From Candidatus Bathyarchaeia archaeon (GTDB lineage Bacteria; Patescibacteriota; Microgenomatia; PFEM01; JAFGMK01): a stretch of 64,000 nucleotides of DNA. Location of the stretch: positions 113,067 to 177,066 of the forward strand of contig DATKWK010000035.1 of the NCBI GenBank assembly GCA_035529595.1, read 5' to 3'. The translations under genes were made by a program, and so were the position numbers. Of the stretch, positions 46,805 through 56,222 are shown in pieces; positions within the stretch are counted from its first letter, which is position 1, and the number at the start of each line of letters is the position of its first letter. The notes below the pieces were generated by a model. The model made no database searches. It was not told where the DNA came from and saw only the letters and a program-made list of their open reading frames with translations.

Positions 46805-48028
46805 TTACTGGAAGAATTGAAGATCGTCAACAAAGAACATCGCCTCACTAGAAGCGGCAATGCCGATTCCGCCCCTAGGAAAACTAGTGTCATTCACTTC
46901 TGATAACTTGATAAAGTCTATGCCGTTCATAGAAAAATAAAATATTAAGCGGTTTTCCTTCATCTCTACCTTTAACCAATAAGGTTGATCTTTCTCCATT
47001 TCGAAACTAGTTATTTTCCCTTTGCTTAAATTCAAATTCTGAGTTTTCCCCTCAAAGAGACCATATTTATTAATCCGCCAAGTATTAGTATCGATCCCAC
47101 CCACTATCAAATAATAACCATAGCCGCTTTTGTAGTCGCCGCGAAAGAAAAGACTAAACTCGCCGTTTTTCATGGGTGTTAACTTGGCCTGGAAAGTGCC
47201 ATTCTTAACCGAACCTTTTTTCAGAGTCGCCCGCTTACCAAACATACCAACCGCTAAAAGACCACCTTCTTTCCTAATTGATAAAAACTTATCCGAGTCA
47301 ACATTCCAATCATTAAGATAATCTTCCTCCTTTTCTGCCCATAAAGTATCAAGATTAACCGTACTTCTCGTTTTCGGGCGGGAAGTCAGCTCAATAACTA
47401 TCTCTCGAATATCCGTTCCTATCTCGCTTTCACCTTCTTCTTTATTCTCAATCGTATAAGTTGAAAATTTTTCTTTGGATAAAACCAAAAGATTCCAACC
47501 CTGACTTAAGCCACTAATAGGAAATTTATAACCCACGTTTTCACTAACAAAAACCAAGTTAAACTCTTCAATGCTGGCATAATCTGTAGCTAAGTAAACA
47601 ATGAATTTAAAATTTAGAACATCTTCGATATTAAATCTCTTTTTCAAACTAGTAATCGCTTTTTTTCCGTCATTACTGGTAATAAACAAGGAACTTACGC
47701 CTTCGTAAAATGTAGCATAGTCAAATTCTTTGTCACCAGACCAATCTTCGTTTTCCTCGAAGCTGGCGATGTCAAAACTAGAAGCGGCTGCATCCCGATA
47801 AGAAAGTTTATACTCTTTGTCGCCAATAGGAATCTGGACTTCAATGGTCTTACTAATAGCCGTTTCTTCTTTCCGAGATAAAAAGGAAACTTCACCCCGC
47901 TCATAAAAGTAAAAGGCAATAACAAAGGCCACAAAAATCAAGGCTAAGGCAATTATCTTTTCAGAAAAAGTCTTTTTCGTCTTTCTCCTTTTCTCCTCAG
48001 ATAGAAAATCTAATTTTTCAAACGCCAT
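46805..48028 (-). CDS. hypothetical membrane-anchored extracytoplasmic protein
   Basis: 407 aa. Basic N-terminus then a single TM 'IIALALIFVAFVIAFYFY', large exported domain. No recognisable family. Confidence 0.45.
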   Translation of the reverse strand: MAFEKLDFLSEEKRRKTKKTFSEKIIALALIFVAFVIAFYFYERGEVSFLSRKEETAISKTIEVQIPIGDKEYKLSYRDAAASSFDIASFEENEDWSGDKEFDYATFYEGVSSLFITSNDGKKAITSLKKRFNIEDVLNFKFIVYLATDYASIEEFNLVFVSENVGYKFPISGLSQGWNLLVLSKEKFSTYTIENKEEGESEIGTDIREIVIELTSRPKTRSTVNLDTLWAEKEEDYLNDWNVDSDKFLSIRKEGGLLAVGMFGKRATLKKGSVKNGTFQAKLTPMKNGEFSLFFRGDYKSGYGYYLIVGGIDTNTWRINKYGLFEGKTQNLNLSKGKITSFEMEKDQPYWLKVEMKENRLIFYFSMNGIDFIKLSEVNDTSFPRGGIGIAASSEAMFFVDDLQFFQ

Positions 48029-48104
48029 CAGGTTTTCAAAATATCATAAAACCTCAAGTAAGACAAGTAAAGTTTTAGCTTAGTAAGAGTTCAGATTTAC
48101 TGAC

Positions 48105-48125
48105 ACACTTTGTCATCCTGAACTT
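48105..48125. other. perfect 8-bp stem / 5-nt loop hairpin (atcctgaa cttga ttcaggat) in the intergenic region downstream of the 1117-aa gene
   Basis: Inverted repeat read from sequence. No adjacent U-tract on the minus strand, so only a weak terminator candidate. Confidence 0.3.
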
Positions 48126-48171
48126 GATTCAGGATCTATATAGATTCCGTGTCAAGAATCTGAATGGTTAC

Positions 48172-51100
48172 TTAGTTTATTTTACGGCGAAGCCACTTAT
48201 CCTTTATAAAAGGATATCCCAAACACCCAAAACATGCAACCAAAGTCATACCGCTGATGAATAAGCCAATATAAAAAAGTCTTTGCGGACGGAATTCAAC
48301 GATTATTTCATAGTTTTCTCTCCCATCGACATCTGCCGGAGTAATATACCAAGAATTAGCATAGCCATTAACTAATAGATGTCTCTCTTCAGAAATTGGT
48401 TTACTACGAAGAGTTTCAAAAGTATTTCTATCAAAAAAGATGTTTTTATGGGTTCCTTCTTTAATCTCCCCATCAAAGTAACTAGCCACGACTTGCCCAT
48501 AATCGTTTTGAGTTTTGAGTTTTGAGTTTTGAGTTTTATCTATATATACTTTCCAGCCCTCGTGGAAACTTTCGGAAAATATTAAAGTATAAGGATTAAC
48601 GGCTCCTTCAACTTTAACTCGGTATTTCGTCGGATTAATTTTGGCAAAAGTAATTTTGGGTATTGCCTTTCTAGTATCTAATGCCTGATTTCCAATATCT
48701 TTAAGTCTTAAAATAACTTCCGGCTGAAAAATGCGCTCAATTGCCAAATCTTTCTCCTGAGCAGTTGATATCGACAAATGAGCAAAAGCTATTTCTGCTT
48801 CCGAGGAAGATTTGAAGAACATTTCAAAATGCCTAAACTCTTCATTAGTGGGAGATAAATATGTTTTGGCTACTTCTCCAGCTTCTCCTTCAGCAACAAA
48901 AAAGCTGCCGCCCAGAGGCGCTTTATAATCAAAACTAATCCGATAAATAGAGTTTGGCAAATAACCTTTTATCCTCAAATTTTCATCAACTAAATTCTCA
49001 CTAACTCCTTTTATGGTCAAAAACAACTCTTGTGCCCCTTTTTTAAAATATTCCTCTCCCAAGTTCATCCATCCAGCCGTATTTACGTTTTTTACGCCCC
49101 TCTCTATGCTCTCGCTCCTTAAAAATACTCCATAATTCCCCTCCTTCGGTACATTCAAATTATAAACCAACTGCGAAAAGTCTCGCTTAACCTCAAGCCC
49201 ATTAGCTCTTTCCTCCAACTCCTTAAAAACATCTTCCCAATCTCTTAATCTCCCAATTTCTTCTATTTTTACTCCATGCTCCCGCAAACTCCCCTCAAAG
49301 TTCGCCAAAAACCTCGGAAAATTCTTGTTTTTTGATTCTTTCAGGCTTATTAAAATCTCAAGAGCGTCTATCATTTCTCTCCGATAGCGCTCCGCCAGCC
49401 GTATTATCCGCTCTTCATCAATACTATCGGCAAACCTTTTCATCTCTACTATCCTCTTCGAGGCATAAAACAAATCCTTTTCAAACAACTTTTCGGGCTC
49501 TTTTCTAACCTTCCAGCTATCATATTCTTCCTCTTTTAAAATTAGGGGGTAAATCAATTGGTTTGGACTCCATCGGACATCAGGCAACTCTATCTCCCTG
49601 GGCACTATTGTCAATTCCTCTCCGCCAATCATATTCTCCAGCTTTCCTCTCACAAACACCTCATCCGCCCAATTCAATGCTGCCAGTTTCTTATCAGAGT
49701 TACCAGGAGTATCTGAAAGGTATATAGCTGATCTCATTTCGTAGTTATCAAGCCCCACTATATCCACCAAACTCTCTATGTTACCCCTCGCATAAATTAT
49801 ATTTTGGGGAATATAAAAACGGGGGAGAAAATATTCATCTTTAATTTTATAAATAAATAATTTGTCTCCAAAGTTCTTAAAATAATCTTCTTGGAAGTAT
49901 TTTTTTATTCCAGATTCCCATTTAATTAACGCCTCAACTCTAGTCTTGTCAATATCGTTCTGGTCTAATAAATAGTCAATCGTTCCCAGTTTAATAAAAT
50001 TAAAATTTTTTTTATCTACAAAGGCTTGCAGTATTTTGCTATAGGGAGCAATCTTATTATAATAATCTCCTATATAATTAGAATTACCAAATAAATGGTA
50101 TATTTTTGCATTTGAATTTCCCAAATTTTCATCATACCATTTATAATTCAAATCATAGCCTTCTGTCATAAAAGGGAAAGGCAATATGAAAGAGTCCTTG
50201 GTGCTCTTTGACCACGATGAATATTCATACCAATAATACGGCAATTTTATAAGATTTTTCTTCCAGCCTTCGTTTGTACGATCAAAAAAGTTATAAGAAA
50301 ACAATGGGATGCCGCCAATTGAAACAAGAAAAAAAACACAAACGATAAAAAAATTTTTATGATTTCTGTTTCTAAATTTTTCGTAAATATTATCCAAAGA
50401 GATTGAAAATAAAGTAACCATTAAGAATAAAACTAGGGGCATAAATTTCGCAAATGGCTCTCTGAAAATATAAAAGAAAGGAACATTCCTATAAAACCAT
50501 AAATATATTTCCGGAATAAAACTAGATCCGCTGGCAAACAAAATAAAGATTAATAAAAATAAAAATAAAACAATATTAGCAATTTTTCTACTTTTTTTGA
50601 AAAATAAGAAAGAAATTGAGAGGCTCGATATTATAAATGAGTGCAAAATTACAAAAGAATTATCATAAAAATATAGCCAAATATTATAAAAAACACCTTC
50701 GTAATCTAAATATTCCCACCATCCTCCTCTTAGTTGAAAAATTAAAAAAAGCGGCGAACCTATCGCTTTAAAAGTAGCTGCCTGCCTGATTTCATCAAAA
50801 TTATTCATCAGTAATCTATAAATGAGTCCTTGATAAAAAAAAATGGGCATCAATAAAATGAAGAAAATGCATAACCTATAAATATATTCCCTAAAAAAAT
50901 TAAACAAACTAATTTTTTCAGAAAATATAAATACCACTACCGCTATAACGTACACAAAAAGCGTCGTCGCTAACTGGGGCGGATTGCAAAAAATTGCCTG
51001 AAATAAAAAAAAGTAAACGAAATTGTATATTGCGTACCTATAACTTCTTGTCTTTAAAAACTTATATAAAAGAACAAAGAATAAGGGCATTAAAATGAGC

Positions 51101-51525
51101 TGGTACATTTTGGCACTATAAAAAATAGTCGAAGTAAAATAAAAATTGAATATATAGAGTAAGGAGCCTGTAAAAATTATGACATTATTACTGGTAAAGA
51201 ATCTTAATAGGCAGCTCATTCCAAGAAGAGAACAAAGTAGAAAAACCTGTAGAAATACTATTTGTATAGAGTGATTACTCAAGCCGACCTCTGATAGTAA
51301 TTTATAAAAAATAGCATTAGGAATAATCATCGTATGGTCGCCAAGAGATGATGCTTGCCCATAGTTTGCTTTTTCACTCCACGAAAACAAGTTTTTATCA
51401 ATTATATTTTGATAATTGGCAAAGCTAGACTCTTCTGATACAAACAGATACTCTCCTTTTAACCAGATAAACGGGATAATTATCGATAATATTATAAAAG
51501 ATATGATTAAATATTTTTTTTGCAT
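48172..51525 (-). CDS. giant polytopic membrane protein (N-terminal ~600 aa, >12 TM) with ~500-aa extracytoplasmic C-terminal domain; possible GT-C/YfhO-like enzyme
   Basis: 1117-aa ORF. Very AT-rich. Contains a (gttttga)x4.9 repeat at 48505-48538. Family assignment is only by architecture. Confidence 0.5.
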   Translation of the reverse strand: MQKKYLIISFIILSIIIPFIWLKGEYLFVSEESSFANYQNIIDKNLFSWSEKANYGQASSLGDHTMIIPNAIFYKLLSEVGLSNHSIQIVFLQVFLLCSLLGMSCLLRFFTSNNVIIFTGSLLYIFNFYFTSTIFYSAKMYQLILMPLFFVLLYKFLKTRSYRYAIYNFVYFFLFQAIFCNPPQLATTLFVYVIAVVVFIFSEKISLFNFFREYIYRLCIFFILLMPIFFYQGLIYRLLMNNFDEIRQAATFKAIGSPLFLIFQLRGGWWEYLDYEGVFYNIWLYFYDNSFVILHSFIISSLSISFLFFKKSRKIANIVLFLFLLIFILFASGSSFIPEIYLWFYRNVPFFYIFREPFAKFMPLVLFLMVTLFSISLDNIYEKFRNRNHKNFFIVCVFFLVSIGGIPLFSYNFFDRTNEGWKKNLIKLPYYWYEYSSWSKSTKDSFILPFPFMTEGYDLNYKWYDENLGNSNAKIYHLFGNSNYIGDYYNKIAPYSKILQAFVDKKNFNFIKLGTIDYLLDQNDIDKTRVEALIKWESGIKKYFQEDYFKNFGDKLFIYKIKDEYFLPRFYIPQNIIYARGNIESLVDIVGLDNYEMRSAIYLSDTPGNSDKKLAALNWADEVFVRGKLENMIGGEELTIVPREIELPDVRWSPNQLIYPLILKEEEYDSWKVRKEPEKLFEKDLFYASKRIVEMKRFADSIDEERIIRLAERYRREMIDALEILISLKESKNKNFPRFLANFEGSLREHGVKIEEIGRLRDWEDVFKELEERANGLEVKRDFSQLVYNLNVPKEGNYGVFLRSESIERGVKNVNTAGWMNLGEEYFKKGAQELFLTIKGVSENLVDENLRIKGYLPNSIYRISFDYKAPLGGSFFVAEGEAGEVAKTYLSPTNEEFRHFEMFFKSSSEAEIAFAHLSISTAQEKDLAIERIFQPEVILRLKDIGNQALDTRKAIPKITFAKINPTKYRVKVEGAVNPYTLIFSESFHEGWKVYIDKTQNSKLKTQNDYGQVVASYFDGEIKEGTHKNIFFDRNTFETLRSKPISEERHLLVNGYANSWYITPADVDGRENYEIIVEFRPQRLFYIGLFISGMTLVACFGCLGYPFIKDKWLRRKIN
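48505..48538. repeat. heptanucleotide tandem repeat (gttttga)x4 plus partial copy inside the 1117-aa gene
   Basis: Four perfect 7-mers at 48505-48532 plus 'gtttta'. Encodes KTQNSKLKTQN on the minus strand. Confidence 0.9.
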
Positions 51526-52178
51526 ATAAAAATATTTATGGGGGCAATACTAGAAAAAAAATAAAATAGTTTCCCAAATCTATAGTCGAATCCTATTTTT
51601 TTAATTACTTTGAATCCGTGATAGTTAACCATTCCTATCATCGCTTTATAAGTTATACCTCTTATATGGTGTATGCTTCCGCCTGGTTTATTATTAATTT
51701 TCCCAAATATACCGGTGCCAAAATTTCCATATTCGTTGGAAACCTCTAGGATATGCGGTTGATATCCTAATAGTAATTCAACTCGGGCATAGATAGAGGA
51801 TAAATTAGGGAAAGAAAAAATTAAATTACCATCATCCTTTAGATTATTAAAGCAATTTTTAAATAGAACGTCTGTTTTATCTATATGCTCAATCAATTCA
51901 AAAAAGGCTACTACATCAAACTTTTTATCAAGACGAAATTCATTTTCTACTGATTGAAGAATAAATCTATCGACAAAATCAGGCTTAAAGACTTGGGGAA
52001 TAATATCAACACTGGTTATATTAACATTCTTTTCTTTTTTTAAAGCCTTTTCAAAATTAAAATTAATTCCGCAACCAAGGTTTAAAACTGAAGCATTTTT
52101 CTTAATGAAAGAAAAAGTCATCGCATAAAAAGAACTATCAATATTAACATTCCCTCCTTGCAAGTTTATTTTATCCAT
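51507..52178 (-). CDS. class I SAM-dependent methyltransferase
   Basis: 223 aa. Motif I 'VLNLGCGIN', acidic 'VDII', motif 'VVAFFELIEHI'. Confidence 0.6.
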   Translation of the reverse strand: MDKINLQGGNVNIDSSFYAMTFSFIKKNASVLNLGCGINFNFEKALKKEKNVNITSVDIIPQVFKPDFVDRFILQSVENEFRLDKKFDVVAFFELIEHIDKTDVLFKNCFNNLKDDGNLIFSFPNLSSIYARVELLLGYQPHILEVSNEYGNFGTGIFGKINNKPGGSIHHIRGITYKAMIGMVNYHGFKVIKKIGFDYRFGKLFYFFSSIAPINIFICKKNI

Positions 52179-52187
52179 TTTTTCTAG

Positions 52188-53501
52188 TCATTTATATTTT
52201 TCTAAAAATTCTCTGAAAGATTTAATAATATAATTCAATCTTCCTTCATTTAAGCCAGGGTAAACTCCAATCCAGAAAAGATTATTCATTACTAAATCTG
52301 TATTTTCCAAAGAACCATAAATTCGATGTTTTGTCTCCAAATAAGCAGGCTGCTTAGTTAAATTCCCACCAAATAGCATCCGGGTGGCAATTTTATTCTT
52401 TTCCAAAAAACTAACAATTTCCCCCCGATCAAAAGGAGCATCCTTTTTAACCAAAAGAGGAAATCCAAACCAACTTGGATCAGAATAACCGTCCCGAATA
52501 GGCAAAACAAAAAAATTTTCCCAATCCCGTAAATTACTAATAAGATACTCAAAGTTTCTTTTTCTCGCTTTAATAAATCGAGGTAGTTTTTCGAGCTGGG
52601 CGACCCCAATTGCCGCCTGCATATCAGTTATTTTTAAATTATAACCGATATGAGAATAAATATATTTATGATCGTAGCCATATGGAAGTTCGCCTAACTG
52701 CCAAGAAAATCGCCTGCTACATGAATTATCTTGCCCTGGTTCACACCAACAATCTCTACCCCAATCACGAAAAGAAGCCACAATTTTTTTTAAAAGCAAA
52801 TCATCAGTTAAAATCGCTCCTCCTTCACCCATCGTAATATGGTGAGCTGGGTAAAAACTAGTGGTGGAAAGATGACCAAAACTGCCAGTATATTTCCCTT
52901 TATACATCGAACCTAAAGCGTCACAATTATCTTCAATAAACCAAAGATTGTATTTTCTTACCAATTTTAGAATCTTATCAAGATTAACAGGATTACCAAG
53001 AGTATGAGCAATAAAAATGGCTTTAGTTTTTTTAGAAATTGCTTTTTCGATTTTATCCGCATTAATGTTATAAGTTCCAAGGGCCACATCTACAAATACC
53101 GGAATCAAATTATTCTGAATTATTGGGTTTAAGGTCGTTGGAAATCCGCAAGCAGTCGTAATCACCTCATCACCAGGCTTTAGCCTTTTCTTTCCCAATT
53201 TGTTGGAAGTCAAAGCCGAAACAGCTAAAAGATTGGCTGACGAACCAGAATTAGTCAAAAGACAGTATTTTAACCCTAATAAGCCAGCCAATTTTTTTTC
53301 AAATTCTTGGGCATAGGGTCCGGCTGTCAACCAAAAATCTAAAGAAGCATTAACTAAGTTTACTAACTCTTTTTCATCATAGACTCTACCCGCATATCTA
53401 ACTGGCGTCTTACCAGGAATAAAAAGTTCTTCACCACTGAGCTGATGAAACTTTTTAACCAGAGTCAAAATCTGTTTCCTGATTGCTTTTTTGTCATCCA
53501 T
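52188..53501 (-). CDS. rfbH: CDP-6-deoxy-L-threo-D-glycero-4-hexulose-3-dehydrase E1 (PMP/[2Fe-2S] enzyme, DdhC/RfbH/AscC type)
   Basis: 437 aa, the same length as Yersinia E1. 'SFYPAHHITMGEGGAI' has His-His where DegT enzymes have the PLP lysine. The Cys pattern C-X57-C-X1-C-X7-C ('NCDALG…GRDCWCEPGQDNSC') exactly matches the E1 iron-sulfur motif. Confidence 0.85.
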   Translation of the reverse strand: MDDKKAIRKQILTLVKKFHQLSGEELFIPGKTPVRYAGRVYDEKELVNLVNASLDFWLTAGPYAQEFEKKLAGLLGLKYCLLTNSGSSANLLAVSALTSNKLGKKRLKPGDEVITTACGFPTTLNPIIQNNLIPVFVDVALGTYNINADKIEKAISKKTKAIFIAHTLGNPVNLDKILKLVRKYNLWFIEDNCDALGSMYKGKYTGSFGHLSTTSFYPAHHITMGEGGAILTDDLLLKKIVASFRDWGRDCWCEPGQDNSCSRRFSWQLGELPYGYDHKYIYSHIGYNLKITDMQAAIGVAQLEKLPRFIKARKRNFEYLISNLRDWENFFVLPIRDGYSDPSWFGFPLLVKKDAPFDRGEIVSFLEKNKIATRMLFGGNLTKQPAYLETKHRIYGSLENTDLVMNNLFWIGVYPGLNEGRLNYIIKSFREFLEKYK

Positions 53502-53734
53502 ACTAAAACATTTCTGAAGCGAAAACTCCTGATTGATCTAAATCCTAACAAGACCAAAGCCCTTTTTCAATCATCTAATTCCTGAATGTCCGTAGTAAAG
53601 AAGGTCTGAGCAAGGCCACTAATTCTTTTCTTCTCTATTCTATCTATAACATCCAAAAGCCCGGTTGAATCAGCTTGCAATACATATTCCAAACCAGCTC
53701 TTTCCGAAAAATCATTTGCAGGACTTCTGATTTT

Positions 53735-55420
53735 TTACCTCAATCGGTACTTTCCTGCAGTCCATTTGGGTAGCATCGGCTGGTCGGGATCAATCATTAA
53801 CTCGCAAACTACCGCTCCCCGGTAATCTATTACTTTTTTAACTTTATAAAGATCTTTATTAGCAGCAATCTTCTCGTATTTTATTCCCCAAGCTTTTATC
53901 AGTTTCTCAAAATTGGGAAAACTTACACCCGTTTCCGGGGTTGAGGCAAAAATTCTTTTGAAAAAAGCAGCGTGAGTTACTTTTATTGAGTAATAACCAT
54001 TATTATTGAAGATAAAAATTTTCAAGGGAAGATTGTGATGAACCATAGTTTGTAACTCATGAATATTAAGCATTATCGATCCATCGCCTTCCATACAGAT
54101 GACTGGCCTTTTATGATCGGCAATACAAGCTCCAATTGCCAAAGGAAGGCCAGATCCCATCTGTCCTAAACCAGCATTGGTGATAAACCGCTGTCCCCGC
54201 TTTATCTTAAGAGCCTGATGAGCAGCTAAACTCGCCATCCCGTTAGCGGTTGCCAGATGATAATTTTTTGTCTGTTTACCTAATTCTGCTAAAAATTTAT
54301 AAACATTAAGATATTTTTTATCTCCCTGAAAACTTTTAGGATTGATCGGCTGAATTTTTACTTCCCAACGATTAAGTTTGATATTTTGTTTGGACAATTC
54401 TTGTAAAAATAGTTTCGCATCACAACAAATTGGAACATTAATACTCACTGTTTTCTTATGCATTTCTGCCGCATCAATATCAACCATAATTTTAAAAGCG
54501 TCCTTGGCGAAATTTTTATAATCGTAAGAAGTTTGGGTAAGTTGTAATCTTTCACCAATCACCAAAAGGAGATCACAATTGTCAATCGCATAATTGGCTG
54601 ACTCATTACCAGGCATGCCTTGCCGACCCAAATAATAGGAATAATCATCCGTAACCAAATCATCGGCCGTAAAAAGAGCAGTCACCACGTTTATTTTTAA
54701 TTTTTCGATCAGTTGCCAAAGTATTTTTTCTCCACCACTCAATCTAATCCCGTTTCCTACCAAAAGGAGTGGTTTCTTTGCTTTCTGTAATTTTTCTACA
54801 ATCAAATCAATCTGAATTTTAGGTAATTTAAATTGAAAATTTGATGAAGGAACGAAAGGCCTTAATTTTTTAGGATCTACTTGACCAGTTTGAGCATCAA
54901 CAGGGCCCTGAACATCAAGAGGGATTTCAACCCAGACCGGGCCTGGACGGCCTGACTTGGCCAGATAAACTGCTTTTTCCAGGTGGTAACGAATGTCAGC
55001 CTCTTTTTCAACGGTTACCGCATATTTGGTAATTGGTTTAACGATATCAATGACGTTTAGTTCTTGAAAACCAAGTGCTCTAAAAACAGGCACGCCGTTT
55101 TTGCGTGGGACAATATTATCTCTCTTTACTTGGCCGCTGATGACTAAAATCGGAATGCTGTCCAACCAAGCGCCCGCAACGCCAGTTACCGCATTAGTTC
55201 CTCCGGGTCCTGTTGTCACCAAACAAACGCCAATGTCATTTTTTATCCGGGCATAACCCTCAGCGGCAATCGCCGCTGCTTGTTCATGATGACAGCAATA
55301 AGCGTTAAGCTTAGATCTCCCAACCGAATCGACCAAGTGCATAATCCCACCACCAGACAAAAGGAAAATTGAATCAGTATTTTTCTCTAAAAATTTGACA
55401 ACGTAGTCGCTAAGTTTCAT
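53735..55420 (-). CDS. thiamine-diphosphate-dependent acetolactate-synthase-like enzyme (YerE-like candidate sugar C-branching enzyme)
   Basis: Track ORF extends to 55537. The likely start is Met 'MKLSDYVVKFLEKN' at 55420, abutting the HAD gene. ThDP/FAD three-domain pattern ('GGGIMHLVDS', 'VTTGPGGTNAVTGVAGAWLDSIPILVISGQV', C-terminal 'GLGQMGSGLPLAIGA…GDGSIMLNIHEL'). Confidence 0.8.
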   Translation of the reverse strand: MKLSDYVVKFLEKNTDSIFLLSGGGIMHLVDSVGRSKLNAYCCHHEQAAAIAAEGYARIKNDIGVCLVTTGPGGTNAVTGVAGAWLDSIPILVISGQVKRDNIVPRKNGVPVFRALGFQELNVIDIVKPITKYAVTVEKEADIRYHLEKAVYLAKSGRPGPVWVEIPLDVQGPVDAQTGQVDPKKLRPFVPSSNFQFKLPKIQIDLIVEKLQKAKKPLLLVGNGIRLSGGEKILWQLIEKLKINVVTALFTADDLVTDDYSYYLGRQGMPGNESANYAIDNCDLLLVIGERLQLTQTSYDYKNFAKDAFKIMVDIDAAEMHKKTVSINVPICCDAKLFLQELSKQNIKLNRWEVKIQPINPKSFQGDKKYLNVYKFLAELGKQTKNYHLATANGMASLAAHQALKIKRGQRFITNAGLGQMGSGLPLAIGACIADHKRPVICMEGDGSIMLNIHELQTMVHHNLPLKIFIFNNNGYYSIKVTHAAFFKRIFASTPETGVSFPNFEKLIKAWGIKYEKIAANKDLYKVKKVIDYRGAVVCELMIDPDQPMLPKWTAGKYRLR

Positions 55421-56115
55421 TTTGTCTCCCAAGCCTCTAACTCCAATATTTCCGCTAATGAATGAATGACGGGGAATTCTTGCTGTTTCCCCTGCCAAGC
55501 AGTATTGCGGGCGGTTTGGACACCGATAAATCGACACCCGACTGCTTGGGCTGCCTGCCAGTCGTTCTCACTATCTCCAACATAAAGAATTTTTGAGGGA
55601 TCGATTGATTCTCTCTCAATGATAGTTTTTAGATTCTCGACTTTGTTTCCGGGACGTCCATAAACATCCTTAAATCCCCCCAACTCTAACGCTGCAAGAC
55701 TTTCTAAAGATTGTTCCTTAGGCGTGGCTGTATTAATATAGACCGGCATCTTTCCAGAGAGAATTTTTATCGCTTGGCGATTTTCTGGCGAAACACCGAT
55801 TTGTAAAATACCAACCTGGACAATGGCATTAAAAGCCTCACAACGATATTCTATTTCAGTAGGGATTTTTTCTTCTGGGATGCCAAAATGTTTACAAACA
55901 AGACGCACGATATCGCGACGATCTCCTTTACCACCCTTAATTTGCTCCTGCGCTTCGGCTATCACCTTTTCAAGTTCTTCCGGATCATATTCCGTGAAGA
56001 CTTTACACCAAGCCTGATCTTTAACCTCTTCAGATCCTCTTCTGGTTGTCGGGTCTAAAACGATACAATTATCAAAATCTAGTACTATTACTTTTATTTT
56101 ATTAACCTGTCTCAT
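55417..56115 (-). CDS. HAD-superfamily phosphatase
   Basis: 232 aa. Motif I 'VIVLDFDNCIV' (DxD), C-terminal 'YVGDSENDWQAA'. Confidence 0.65.
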   Translation of the reverse strand: MRQVNKIKVIVLDFDNCIVLDPTTRRGSEEVKDQAWCKVFTEYDPEELEKVIAEAQEQIKGGKGDRRDIVRLVCKHFGIPEEKIPTEIEYRCEAFNAIVQVGILQIGVSPENRQAIKILSGKMPVYINTATPKEQSLESLAALELGGFKDVYGRPGNKVENLKTIIERESIDPSKILYVGDSENDWQAAQAVGCRFIGVQTARNTAWQGKQQEFPVIHSLAEILELEAWETK

Positions 56116-56222
56116 AATTATTTATTATTTTTTAAATTAAATCCCCTTAGCAAAAATAATAGAAATCAATAATCTTTTTAATAAATCTAACGACATAATC
56201 ATTCATCTTCATGTTCCTTATT

